A DNA stretch of 37,014 nucleotides from Trichomonas gallinae (Eukaryota), in assembly GCA_008369845.1 (NCBI GenBank), contig MRSU01002028.1, positions 1-37,014 of the forward strand. Reading direction: 5' to 3'. Made by a program: the position numbers and the translations under genes. Below the pieces are notes generated by a model. It made no database searches, was not told the DNA's origin, and worked only from the letters and a program-made list of their open reading frames with translations. This document shows, one piece after another, positions 8,221 through 19,028 of the stretch; the stretch's first letter is position 1; every line of letters begins with the position of its first letter.

Positions 8221-11200
8221 TCATGATCTTACCCGAACAGTGCATTTTGGAATGACGTAATACGTCGTTTGTTTTCCTTTGCCTTTCAAGAACGTTTCTC
8301 CTCTTGTTTCTATCTCAAAGTCTCTGCCTTTAATTTGGTCAACTGTTGACTGAGAAACATGAACATTTCCAACTTCGCAAGTTGACTGGAGCCTAGCAGC
8401 GACGTTAATTGGGTCGCCAATAATATCGAAAAGAGGCTTGTCTGTGCCTAAAACGCCAGCGATAATTGGACCGCCTGTGTTGATTCCGATCCTTATATCA
8501 ATCTGCGAATTAAGGTGTGTGTTTATATCCTCCATGATGTCCAGGACATCTGTCGCAAAGTTAATAGTCTCTTCGGCATGTTCCCATGGCTCAGAGTCTT
8601 GGTGGAAAAGTCCTCCAGCTGCCATGTAGATGTCTCCAATAAGTTTAATTTTGGTCAGCATTCTGTAGTTGTTGAGTGTCTTGTCGACTTCAGCGAAATA
8701 GTAGCCCAAATTCACCATGATTTCGTGAGGAGAGAGATTCGTAGCGTAATCAGAGAATTTGTTGATGTCTATGAAGATAATTGTTGCAGAATCTACAACG
8801 AAAGTAATTTCTTTCTCACCTTTGTTCAGTCTGTGAACAATATCGCGCGGCAAAATCGTGTACAGCAGATTCTCTGATCGCTTTTTGGCAATCTCTGCCT
8901 CGTGTTGCTGTTTCAATAATTTTGTCTGGTCTCTCATAATGAAAACGAATGAATTCACATCATTGCCGTCTGTTTTCATTCCGATTGTCGTAACAAGAAC
9001 CGGAATGTTTTGGTCGCTATCATTGACGACTGTGAAACTGTCTTCCGAATAAGCAGAGCTCTGCTTTTTACTCACCATCTCCATTTTCTGTCTGATTGCC
9101 TCAACTTCCGTGTTAACGAAAAACAGGCTGATGTTCTGGCCGATTACTTGCGATGGAGCATAACCTAACAACTTTTGGACTGAGTTGTTGCAGGACTCAA
9201 TGACTCCGTAGATATTAGTCATGAAAATAGCGTCATTGGAATTCTTAATAATAGAATACTCAATCGAACGGTTTCCATCATCTTTGTCTTTGCCTTTGAG
9301 GAATATTTTGTCAAAAAGCGCGGATTGTGCCAAACTTTGTGGTGGGAATCTCTTGATCGTGAACAATATGGCTTTGTAAGTTGCAACTCTGTTCTTATAG
9401 AACAAGACGAAAATGAACAATAAAACAAGTAAAAACGCAGCACTGATGGATCCAAACATGTAAAAGTTCCAGATCAAGAAAGGATAACGAATATAAAGTC
9501 TGTAAATAAATTGATCTGTAACATTAAACATTTGGGCCCACATTCTATAGTTCGTCATATAGAATAAGTTGGCTAAATCTTTTGGATCGATGTCGTCATC
9601 ATCTAGAATGCTTTTCAGTATGTTATCTGTCAATAACTTATATATATCAATTTGCTGATTGATCGATCCATTATAGTAAAACTGCTCCAATGATTCAGAC
9701 TGATGCAGCTCACTATACAAGTTATTGTCATCAATGATAGGATCCCAGTTTAAACAAGCTTCTGTATCATTATAACCGTTGACTAGATAAAAGTTGTATC
9801 TGTCCATTTTTTCAACTAATTTCTTCGTCAAATTTGTCAAGTAGTAAATATCGCTCCACGTGTAATTGTCTTTATGTGTGTGCGCGATAACAGCGTAAAT
9901 CAAAGCGTTGAGGGCTTCAGCAGACACGAAAATCCTTGCTGATGCATATCTGAACCATTTGCTCAGTCTAACTGTGTTGTACAACATTCCCCTTGTCATG
10001 AAAGAACCAGTGAAAATTATAATCAAGAAAGTTAAGGCCAGGACTCCATTTGAGAAAATCAGCTTAAAGCCCATTGACGAGCTCCCAAACGGATCATGAG
10101 ATCTTGCTTCATCTTTTTTCTTTTCTGACTCACTGATAATCATTATTCTATCTTTCGCTTTAGTTTTGTCTTCGACTTTCATTTCGGCAATTAATCTCAG
10201 CAATTTCTTGAAGTGGGCAACAATTGCAATGTGGTATCCTATGATTGGCGCAATAATAATGATACCTGTTAAAATTGGGACAATTAGCTCAATCACGAGA
10301 AATTCTCCGAGATAATATTCGCCCAAAACGTTTGAGTGAAGAGATATGTTGTGATACAGATAATCTCCGCTGATGTGCAAAAATTCCAAGTTCATAACAA
10401 TCTCGCACATATCTGGGTTCTTAAAGAAATTATCTATAGTATCATTCGTCGACATTTCTCTCTGATAAGCCTGCATCATAGAAACTAATGAGCCATATGA
10501 TGTTCTCAGCTTTCTATCGAACTGTGTTCCGTTTGGATAGCATAGATGCATGCCCGTGACAATTTTGAGCATCGGCCAGGTGAAAGTTAAAATATCTTCA
10601 CCTTTTATTGCGTATTGTGCGAAAATTTTGAACAAGCTTTGCAGTTCTCCTGTTGAATTCGTCGTTAAATTCATTATAGGTTTTAGCATGTTTTCGAATG
10701 GATTTATTATATATTTATCACCAGGCTTCACTAATTTCTTGAGTTTTTCTTCGTATGGCTCCCATCCATTATTCCTGAAATACTCCAAAGCAATTCCTGT
10801 GTTGGCAACTGCCGTGTTGAAAATCGTGTGCATCAAAGGGACTGGGTCTGGAACTCCTCTCATGAATTTGTCTGAGCAGTGCCATATATAGAAATAACCT
10901 CCTCCGACCATGCCTATCATATAAATGGCAACGCACAAAATAGCCCACTTGAAAGTACTGAGAGGCTGCGGCAGTTTCGAATTTAACATTCTGTTCAACG
11001 CCAGTCTGACTCTGTAGTCGTTAATATTCTGTCTCGCTAGCTGCTCTTCTATTTCGTCGTTGTAATCCAAATCCGTTGAATGATCTTTGTCTTCGATATT
11101 CAAGACGCTTGCCTTCTTTTGAAGCCTGGAATCTACATTAGTATCAGAGTTGCACTTTTTCATGTTGAATAAAATCTGACCCTTCACGTCAACGATTTTG

Positions 11201-12876
11201 TCTATCAGATATCTTGGAAACGCGTTGACTAATGACTTAAAAGGCAAATCAACAGCTTCGCAATATTCGAGCTCTATAATACTCTGCTTCCTTTTCGCAG
11301 CCATCGCTTCCGGATAATTTCCTTCTGTTTCGATAAGATATCTGACGTATAAGTCGTAGTATTTTGTGTTGTTCGGGTTTTGTATGATAGCTTCCTTCAT
11401 CAATGCTTTGAGTTCATTTGCATGGATTCCTAAATATTCGAAATACGAAAGATCAACTTTGTTATCTATTGCGTATAAGACAAAGTGTTCGAGATTTCTT
11501 GCCATGTTTTTGATTTCTGACAATCTTTTCTTGATAATGTTCGAGTTCGTGTTCATTCTTATCTCTTTTATTGAGTCTATTTGGTAGAGAATGAACCTCG
11601 AAATGTAGTCAAGAGTTCTTTTCTGGTTCAAAATCGACTCGGCCTTGACCCTAATTTTGATTTCGTGTGGGAAGAAATTTACTAAATGCAAAACTGAGCC
11701 CAATATGTACTCGTCTTCGTATCTGTCCATTATATACTGCGGAAGAGCTAAGCTGTAAAAAGATGGCAAATAATATTCGAAAGCCAGTCTCAAATATAGA
11801 TAAGCTTTGTTTTGATCTTGGTCGAGTTGCAAGTTGTTGAAATAGTCTTCGTATTTCTCATAGCAGCATTTTTCGATATTTATCTTTTTGAGAATGGATT
11901 TGATCATGAATTTATGTATAAAGTAAGCAATAAACGTGACAGCAGCAAAAGTCACATAAACGTGCATAAGTGGCAGCCAAGGGTTTGTGTTTGGCTTAAA
12001 AATTGCAGTTATCATTACAATGTCACCAAAAACTGATGAAATGAACCATCCTGTGACAGCAGAAGTTGTCAGAACACTGATAAATGGAAGTGTCACTGCG
12101 TTATAATAGCATAAATAACAATTTAATGCAAGATGAATAATTTGTGCTACACATTGCGCCCAGTTTTCAAAAAGAAGCAATATAAAGTATAAAGCAACTG
12201 TTGTTATTGATGTGAATACTGTGTAACCAATAATTGTCGAATCGAAATTCGTTAGTGGGTTTAAATTGATTATAATTGATTTGGAAGCAAGGCTTTGGGT
12301 AATTACATATCCAATAGATTGAAAAGCGAGTGTTACAAGCAAAATTATTAGGGAAACGTAATTTAAAGCGCTTTTCTCCCCTTTGCACACGGCTAGGAAT
12401 GTTGTTCCAGTTATCATAAGATTAGGTATGAATAATATAGCGACAATGCATTCGAAATAGAATCGTAAAGGCAGATTTAAATATTTGAAGAATATTCTCC
12501 TATATTTGTAGTAAATAAATTGAAAATTTATAACCCCAACTGCTAATATATTGAGACCTAACGTGAATAAACTAAAATAAAGTCTGTAATTCGGTGTTTG
12601 CAGTGTAGGCGTAAAAAATATAATCAATCTTATGTATTTAATTGTCGTATTCCCATCCCAGAAGGAGCTAAATGGCCATAGAGATATCGTGATGACTTGA
12701 ATTAGATGAAAAAACAGGAAGGGAAAAATAACGATTTGGGGAATTTGCGAATCTTGGAACAAACTTCTCCAAAGCGGGAAACCGCGGTCTATGGTGCCTT
12801 TTATTTCGATCCCTGTGATCTGATTGCTGTTTCCACTGCCAACGCCCGATCCAAAATTAAATTCATCTTGATTCAT
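8221..12876 (-). CDS. Transmembrane class III adenylyl cyclase with PAS domain (Trichomonas TMAC family)
   Basis: 1551 aa with many TM helices, a PAS domain (SNDAIFMTNIYGVIESCNNSVQKLLGY...FVFIMRDQT) and a coiled helix (SENLLYTILP). The cyclase core is intact: IIFIDINKFS, KIKLIGDIYMAAGG, IRIGINTGGPIIAGVLG, FDIIGDPINVAARLQS, LKGKG. Lys and Asp at the specificity positions indicate ATP as substrate. Confidence 0.95.
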   Translation of the reverse strand: MNQDEFNFGSGVGSGNSNQITGIEIKGTIDRGFPLWRSLFQDSQIPQIVIFPFLFFHLIQVITISLWPFSSFWDGNTTIKYIRLIIFFTPTLQTPNYRLYFSLFTLGLNILAVGVINFQFIYYKYRRIFFKYLNLPLRFYFECIVAILFIPNLMITGTTFLAVCKGEKSALNYVSLIILLVTLAFQSIGYVITQSLASKSIIINLNPLTNFDSTIIGYTVFTSITTVALYFILLLFENWAQCVAQIIHLALNCYLCYYNAVTLPFISVLTTSAVTGWFISSVFGDIVMITAIFKPNTNPWLPLMHVYVTFAAVTFIAYFIHKFMIKSILKKINIEKCCYEKYEDYFNNLQLDQDQNKAYLYLRLAFEYYLPSFYSLALPQYIMDRYEDEYILGSVLHLVNFFPHEIKIRVKAESILNQKRTLDYISRFILYQIDSIKEIRMNTNSNIIKKRLSEIKNMARNLEHFVLYAIDNKVDLSYFEYLGIHANELKALMKEAIIQNPNNTKYYDLYVRYLIETEGNYPEAMAAKRKQSIIELEYCEAVDLPFKSLVNAFPRYLIDKIVDVKGQILFNMKKCNSDTNVDSRLQKKASVLNIEDKDHSTDLDYNDEIEEQLARQNINDYRVRLALNRMLNSKLPQPLSTFKWAILCVAIYMIGMVGGGYFYIWHCSDKFMRGVPDPVPLMHTIFNTAVANTGIALEYFRNNGWEPYEEKLKKLVKPGDKYIINPFENMLKPIMNLTTNSTGELQSLFKIFAQYAIKGEDILTFTWPMLKIVTGMHLCYPNGTQFDRKLRTSYGSLVSMMQAYQREMSTNDTIDNFFKNPDMCEIVMNLEFLHISGDYLYHNISLHSNVLGEYYLGEFLVIELIVPILTGIIIIAPIIGYHIAIVAHFKKLLRLIAEMKVEDKTKAKDRIMIISESEKKKDEARSHDPFGSSSMGFKLIFSNGVLALTFLIIIFTGSFMTRGMLYNTVRLSKWFRYASARIFVSAEALNALIYAVIAHTHKDNYTWSDIYYLTNLTKKLVEKMDRYNFYLVNGYNDTEACLNWDPIIDDNNLYSELHQSESLEQFYYNGSINQQIDIYKLLTDNILKSILDDDDIDPKDLANLFYMTNYRMWAQMFNVTDQFIYRLYIRYPFLIWNFYMFGSISAAFLLVLLFIFVLFYKNRVATYKAILFTIKRFPPQSLAQSALFDKIFLKGKDKDDGNRSIEYSIIKNSNDAIFMTNIYGVIESCNNSVQKLLGYAPSQVIGQNISLFFVNTEVEAIRQKMEMVSKKQSSAYSEDSFTVVNDSDQNIPVLVTTIGMKTDGNDVNSFVFIMRDQTKLLKQQHEAEIAKKRSENLLYTILPRDIVHRLNKGEKEITFVVDSATIIFIDINKFSDYATNLSPHEIMVNLGYYFAEVDKTLNNYRMLTKIKLIGDIYMAAGGLFHQDSEPWEHAEETINFATDVLDIMEDINTHLNSQIDIRIGINTGGPIIAGVLGTDKPLFDIIGDPINVAARLQSTCEVGNVHVSQSTVDQIKGRDFEIETRGETFLKGKGKQTTYYVIPKCTVRVRS

Positions 12877-14202
12877 TATTTTTTTGAAATAAAATTAAAT
12901 ATTTTGAATTTTATCATTATCGCGATGATGCCAACGGAACTTTTCATAAAATTTTTTGAAGAAACTAATCATTCAATTTTTTTAAATTGATAATTATACT
13001 ATATATCAATTGCTTATCATATCCAAATTATTTATTCAAATTTTTTATTCCTTAAAAACATTATATATATTATGTATAACAGTATATGCCGTATATATTT
13101 TTGAATTGAAAACCGTTAAAAATTATTCAATCGAATTTTGAATAAATATGGTTTCATTAATCAGAGAATCTAAAAGAGTAAAATTGATTTTCAAGGATAA
13201 ATCGACTTTTCAAATATTTCAGAAATATTTCAAAAGTTATTTTTGATTTCACCTATGCATTGAAATGTATAATGAACATTTTATTTTAATTTGCTCAATG
13301 AAAAGTGACAGTTATCGAAAAGTCATTTTTTATTTTTGTTCTTAGAGAAACATTGCTATTTAATGATTATCAGTCAGAGTTAAATAAATTTTTCCAAAAT
13401 TTGAAAAATTCCGAAGCTTTTTCTATTAATCTATTGAAATAAATTGCTATTAATAAAGCGTTTAATCTAAATCATGCCTTAAACAAGCCACTGAACCATT
13501 CCTTGAGATCTTGTATGAATCAGTGAATGATGCGTTTACATCAAAACATCTTAAAAACAAACCGACCATTTTAAAGCTATTATATATAAATACTATCTAT
13601 AGGAAACCTTATCATATCATTTAAACAGTTTTATGGCAATGATTAAATGCAGAAAAAAATTAAAATCGGTCTAGTGACCAAAATAATATAGAAATTACAA
13701 TATATGGGTAAAATAACAGGAATATTTTCATATAAACTAATGATATTCTAGATTTTTATAATTTCCAATACATTTTTGCATTTCATACCTTCATTTAGTA
13801 ATATTATTACTAGCAAATGTGTGCATGTTATGAAATTTAAATAGACTGATGCGTTATGCATTAATATTTCAAAGCTAAATATAAAACCATCGATTTAGAT
13901 GAACAGCGCATAAATTATCGTTAATAGTACTATTAGTTATGATACTGCAATATCTAAGTTGAACTTCTGCTAAATATTTTTTGATCGTCTAAAATTTAAT
14001 AATTATTGCATGGAATCAACAAAATTATCTTTACTATGACCTTATTGATTGTTTCATAAAGTCTGATCTAGTGGAAGCAAGAGCGTAAGCTTCGAAATTT
14101 TAAAAAAATGTAAACTCACCCCCTGCTTTAATAAATCAGCCCCTATGGTTGTAATTTGAGAAAAAATGTAAACTAAAAACATATTCGTTTTTTCGAAAAG
14201 TG

Positions 14203-17200
14203 ATGAGAAAACTCTCTCGTTCGCGTGAAGTTTCTCCACATACGTATTCGAAGCACGTCACCCCTATGATCATCGCTAACATAAATTCACCGCAAATTCC
14301 TTACATCAAATCACCATTAAAACCATTAAGTCGTTTGATTGATAAGCCAGTACCAAAATCACAGCCTAGATCTCCGAGAGAGCCTTCTCCCAATAGAGAA
14401 CGCAGTAGATCTGTTGAAAAAAGAAAAGAATCTCCGCCAAAGATACAGGACATTATAAACCCTAAGGAGGAGAAGCTTACGATCAAAGAATCACGGCTAG
14501 AACAAATGGTGAGGCAAGATGCTGAAATCGATCAATACTTTATCAAAGAATGCTCATCGAAGCCACTGAATGAAGCAATAGAGACCTTTTTAGAGACAAG
14601 AGTCTCCTCATCGAAAGTTATTTTCTGGGAAGAAATTTCATCGTTACAATTACTTTATAGTTTTAGAATGAAGCGGTATTCGCCTCACGAAGGTACAACA
14701 GTAGGATATGCATTCTCAGCGCGCGAATTAGTACAAATACCACACATAAAACATCATCCTTCTTACAATCCGGAATTCGATGGACAAATTTGTAACCCGG
14801 ATGCAAGAGTAATATATTTTCCGCTTAACGATTCGAGTGGAAATCTCGTTGGCATTGTCCAAATTATGCTCAAACTCAACGATAAATTATTAGAATCACA
14901 AATTAATTTCTTCAATCAATTCCAAAAGAAATTTACAGCATTCTCCGAGTGGATATTAAATTACCCAGTTCCAGACAATATGATCAATGAATTTTCGCAA
15001 CTTCTCGAATTCGAGCAATTTTTAGTTGCTACACAAGCCAGACTTCACTCTCTCTTCAGAGCGAAGAGGGTTGAGTTTTGGGTCTACCATCGCGAATCAG
15101 GAAAAATAATTCGATATACAGATAAAGAAACCGAAATAAATCCAAAGAGAAAAGGTTTCGTAGGCAATGCCTTGCTGAAAGTCCAGTTGATACACACATT
15201 AGATGTCGTCACTGAGTTAACTCATGATTCCGAAACAGATGGAAATGATCATGAATCGGTTTTTGTTCAACCATATGATAATATGAACGATAATCGTGTC
15301 TACGCTGTAGTCCTTCGCGGAAATATGAGAGATGAAATTTTCTCACATCGAGATGAAGTGTTATTAAGGAAGATTGGCCCATATATCATGACATCATATA
15401 GAAATGCCGAGAAATTCAACAATAAGAAAGAAAAAGACTGCAATGCGATGACAACATTAACAGAATCACTTCCAAATGCAAACCAGGTTAAACGCGGTGA
15501 AGTATTTCTTCAGTCTTTGATGAATTCTTTAGCACAAATCACAAAATCAGAACGTGTTTTATATTTCAAAGTTGATCATATTGCTAAAGAAGTCAGATCA
15601 ATCTATATAACAGGAAATGAGCCACCAATAACATATAATCTAGGACAAAATCATGTTGGTATTGTTGCAGAAACAGGAAGAACAATTAATTGCTCAGATG
15701 CTAAAAATGATAAAGATGCAGACACAGTATTCGACTCAGTTATGAATAGACAAACTAAAACAATTCTAACTGTCCCGATTATTTCAGTCGATGGAAAAAT
15801 CTCAGCTGTTATTCAGATGATTAATCGAGGAGATGGCGAGCCATTCTCAAAGGATGATGCAGACACAGCTTCAGTTGTCGGAACAATCTGCATCTGTCTT
15901 CTAGAAAACGCACAGCTTTTAAGAGGAAATGTTGCAATGAAGGCATCATTGGATTCATCGACAAAATTGCTCACAACGATTTTCTCAGCGAAATCAACAC
16001 AAGAAACATTTGCAGCATTCACTGAATTGACTAAAACAGTCACGAACACATCAGACTGCATGGTTTTCATGCTCGACAAAGTCTCAGAAAAGATTTATGA
16101 CTATTTCGATATCAACAAAGAAGTTCTGCCGAAAGAAGGACCAATATCTGACTGCCTCAAACGCTGCAAACCTCATTTTGTCAACGATGTGTCGAAAGTC
16201 TCTCAGCCTCTGTGCGATTTAGGCATCAATAGGATCTGCTGTGCTCCTCTTCTCGCAAACTCTTCTTCGCCGATTGGTGTCGTTGTCGTCACAAACGGGT
16301 CAATATTTACAGATGTCGAAGCGAATCTGCTTGGCTACCTCGCAAACATTTTCGCTCTTTACTTGCAGAGATTGCTTAAGGAGAAAATCATCGAAGAAGG
16401 ACCTTTGATGAACGAAATAGACATGCTCGTTTCCATCCACGAAAGAGACTCATATACAATTCCTGCAATTATCGCACCAACACAAGAACAGAGCGAATCA
16501 TACAAAGGAATCAGGTTCAAAGCATTCGGTCTCGATGATGCTGACATTATCAGGATTCTGTTCTTTACTTACGACAACCTTGGAATCATGTCTTCGCTCA
16601 AGATTACAGCAGCAACTATTTATTCTTTCATAAACATATTCAACTTATCTTTCGTCGAAGGCGTCGCGTTCCATAGCAAAGATCACGCTCTTGACTGCGC
16701 GCAGTTCTTGATGTTCATGAACCAGCTTGGTACATTGTCGCAGGTCGTGACAGCTGTCGAAATGCACGCGATCCTTGCTTCTATAATGTGCGCAGCAATG
16801 AAACACGATGGAACGACAGATATATACAACGAGCACGCAGAGACAATCAATTTCAAGATATACGGTCCGAAAGTTACATCAGCACGTGCTCGCGCCAATC
16901 TTTTGGATGTCTACACGAAGAGTGGAATGCTAGGACAGATGAGTCAGATGGAGAGAGATCATTTCTGGAATGTTGCAACAACTTTGTTGCAATCATTGGA
17001 TCCAGAAGACATTCCACCGATTATTAAGAAACTCAAAGACATCGTGAAGAATTCCTTGGTTGATTTATCGAACAACGAGCATCGTTTATTGATTATACAG
17101 CTTTTGTTCAGAGTCTCCATCATCGGATTCTCTGTGAGGCCGTTCGGAATTGCGGCGAGATGGCAAGATTTGAGGGCGCAGGAAAGTTTCGCACTCGGTG

Positions 17201-17418
17201 AGAAAGAAAATGCTCAAGGATTAGTTTTCTCAAGCTCCGAGAACTCGCCTGGTTTGTATGTCAGGCCTAAGAGTGCAATAGATGTTTTAGTTAATCAGTC
17301 AATTCCACTGTTTGAAGCTCTTGCTATGGTTATACCAGAAATGAAGAGTCTCTGCGACGCAGCAATGGAAAACAAGACTGCATGGGAGGCAGAAGCTGAG
17401 CAACTCAACAGACAGTGA
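14203..17418 (+). CDS. Multi-GAF domain protein with a degenerate class I cyclic-nucleotide phosphodiesterase domain
   Basis: ATG at 14203. GAF signatures include VGIVAETGRTINCSDAKNDKDADTVFD...TKTILTVPIISVDGKISAVIQMINRGDGEPFSKDD, plus further GAF-like units. The C-terminal region is PDE-like (FHSKDHALDCAQ, W...AQESFALGEKE, IPLFEALA) but lacks the HDxxHxGxxN signature. Confidence 0.85.
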   Translation: MRKLSRSREVSPHTYSKHVTPMIIANINSPQIPYIKSPLKPLSRLIDKPVPKSQPRSPREPSPNRERSRSVEKRKESPPKIQDIINPKEEKLTIKESRLEQMVRQDAEIDQYFIKECSSKPLNEAIETFLETRVSSSKVIFWEEISSLQLLYSFRMKRYSPHEGTTVGYAFSARELVQIPHIKHHPSYNPEFDGQICNPDARVIYFPLNDSSGNLVGIVQIMLKLNDKLLESQINFFNQFQKKFTAFSEWILNYPVPDNMINEFSQLLEFEQFLVATQARLHSLFRAKRVEFWVYHRESGKIIRYTDKETEINPKRKGFVGNALLKVQLIHTLDVVTELTHDSETDGNDHESVFVQPYDNMNDNRVYAVVLRGNMRDEIFSHRDEVLLRKIGPYIMTSYRNAEKFNNKKEKDCNAMTTLTESLPNANQVKRGEVFLQSLMNSLAQITKSERVLYFKVDHIAKEVRSIYITGNEPPITYNLGQNHVGIVAETGRTINCSDAKNDKDADTVFDSVMNRQTKTILTVPIISVDGKISAVIQMINRGDGEPFSKDDADTASVVGTICICLLENAQLLRGNVAMKASLDSSTKLLTTIFSAKSTQETFAAFTELTKTVTNTSDCMVFMLDKVSEKIYDYFDINKEVLPKEGPISDCLKRCKPHFVNDVSKVSQPLCDLGINRICCAPLLANSSSPIGVVVVTNGSIFTDVEANLLGYLANIFALYLQRLLKEKIIEEGPLMNEIDMLVSIHERDSYTIPAIIAPTQEQSESYKGIRFKAFGLDDADIIRILFFTYDNLGIMSSLKITAATIYSFINIFNLSFVEGVAFHSKDHALDCAQFLMFMNQLGTLSQVVTAVEMHAILASIMCAAMKHDGTTDIYNEHAETINFKIYGPKVTSARARANLLDVYTKSGMLGQMSQMERDHFWNVATTLLQSLDPEDIPPIIKKLKDIVKNSLVDLSNNEHRLLIIQLLFRVSIIGFSVRPFGIAARWQDLRAQESFALGEKENAQGLVFSSSENSPGLYVRPKSAIDVLVNQSIPLFEALAMVIPEMKSLCDAAMENKTAWEAEAEQLNRQ

Positions 17419-17842
17419 TTATATTTAAATATTGTTTTGTTATTATTAAAATTTATCATTATATTTAGTTACTTATCAATGCTTTTTACTGAAATATTAT
17501 GGATAATCAAAAATCACCAAAATAAATAAAATTATTTAAAAACTATACATTTTATACAAAATAAAATCATATTTTTGTATTAAATTTTAGTGATATTGAA
17601 ATGAAAGAAATATGAAAAAATATATAAAGAACAAATCCATTGTTGCAATATATATTTCGGTATTTCTCTTCATATGTTAATAATGTGATAATGAATGAAA
17701 GCATAATTTGATATTTTTAAAATAATCAATAGGATATGTTAAGCGAAAGTGATATATTTTGATTGGTGAAATCAAAAATATACATTATAAGAGTTTCACA
17801 GACGGAAAATGAGAAAGTGAATTCTGTTTCTAGAAAAAAAAA

Positions 17843-17850
17843 AGCGGTTT
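17843..17850 (+). promoter_or_regulatory. M3-like core promoter element AGCGGTTT
   Basis: Fits the M3 consensus and ends 14 nt before the ATG at 17865, supporting that ATG over the TTG at 17763. Confidence 0.5.
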
Positions 17851-17864
17851 TGATAATAAAAAAA

Positions 17865-19028
17865 ATGCGTAATCTAAAACTTGAAATTAAGATTTCGATT
17901 GGCGCAGCAGTAGCTCTTGTTATCGGTGTCCTTGTGTTCTTACTCAGCAAAAAGGAAAAAATCGAAACAAGATTTGATGGAAAATTACCTTTGGTAATTT
18001 CTTCACAATTAAACACTTCATTTAGCAATTACATCACTACAGTACCTGTTTCCTATACAGCACTCATCACAGGACGTCATGAAAGCGGAAAATCTCGTAT
18101 TTTGAATTATTTCTGTGAAGAACAAACGAAATTAGGTAGATTAGTTCTCAATTTCGATTTGAAGTCAGTTAAAACATTCAATGATTTGCTTTCAATCTTC
18201 AGAATTTCAGCAATTGAACAATTTAATAATCTTAAATCGACTATTAGCTCAAGTGCGCTTAAAAAGATCCCAGATTTTGACGCATCTACTAGTTTACCAG
18301 AATCAAATGCTCTTCCAGACAAATTAAAGAATTTATATCTCGCACTTTACTCGCAATTAGCAAATCTTCTCGAACATGGCTTCTCTCAAAAGAGTATTTT
18401 CCAATTCGGGAGAATTCTTGGCAATTCATATCAAGCTTTAGCTCCAATCATCATTATACAGAATTACGATTTCATTTACAACATTACAGCGCCAAATGAT
18501 GAAGAATTTGGTATTAAATTAGCCGATGCTATTGAATCAATGCTTTCCGCAAGATCACATAAGCATCATTATATTCCAGTCTTCTTTGAGATCAAAAACA
18601 GTCTACTTAAGACAAGGCATCGCTGGAGCAATGCATTCCGCTTCGTAGAAATTCCAAATATTGATGCTCCAGAACGTGAATTTGTAAATCACTACAAATT
18701 GTTCTCATTGAATGAAATGAAGAAGATTCTTGGAATATTTGGTCCACATCCAGGAAGTATTTCTTCAATTTACGAAGCTATGAGAGTTGGAATCAAAATT
18801 GATGATGCAATCAGCGTTGAGCAGAGAAGAATCCATAATATGGTCAACAAAGCCAGAAGAAATAATGCTACTCTATCTGCTTTCTGCGCAGCACCAAATG
18901 ATTTCCATCCATCAAATGAAGCTCAGATTGCTGAGTTTTATGATTTAATTGAACAAGGAATCTTATACCTTGATAATGAATTAATCATGCGCCCATCAAA
19001 CAAAGCTGTTCTCGCTGCACTGTGCTAA
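17865..19028 (+). CDS. N-terminally membrane-anchored P-loop NTPase-like protein
   Basis: Start MRNLKLEIKISIGAAVALVIGVLVFLLSKKEK (single TM followed by a basic flank). Walker A ALITGRHESGKS. The probable Walker B position reads PIIIIQNYD, which is degenerate. Confidence 0.7.
   Translation: MRNLKLEIKISIGAAVALVIGVLVFLLSKKEKIETRFDGKLPLVISSQLNTSFSNYITTVPVSYTALITGRHESGKSRILNYFCEEQTKLGRLVLNFDLKSVKTFNDLLSIFRISAIEQFNNLKSTISSSALKKIPDFDASTSLPESNALPDKLKNLYLALYSQLANLLEHGFSQKSIFQFGRILGNSYQALAPIIIIQNYDFIYNITAPNDEEFGIKLADAIESMLSARSHKHHYIPVFFEIKNSLLKTRHRWSNAFRFVEIPNIDAPEREFVNHYKLFSLNEMKKILGIFGPHPGSISSIYEAMRVGIKIDDAISVEQRRIHNMVNKARRNNATLSAFCAAPNDFHPSNEAQIAEFYDLIEQGILYLDNELIMRPSNKAVLAALC

Noticed and set aside
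13450..13580. Slightly GC-richer patch with a 35-codon minus-strand ORF in the cyclase-PDE spacer
   Set aside because: Too short, with no recognisable protein motif, terminal repeats or RNA structure.
17763..17864. N-terminal extensions given by the ORF track (here and at 5154, 25240, 28221, 31966, 32888)
   Set aside because: They run through AT-rich promoter sequence; downstream ATGs have Inr, M2 or M3 context and typical N-termini.
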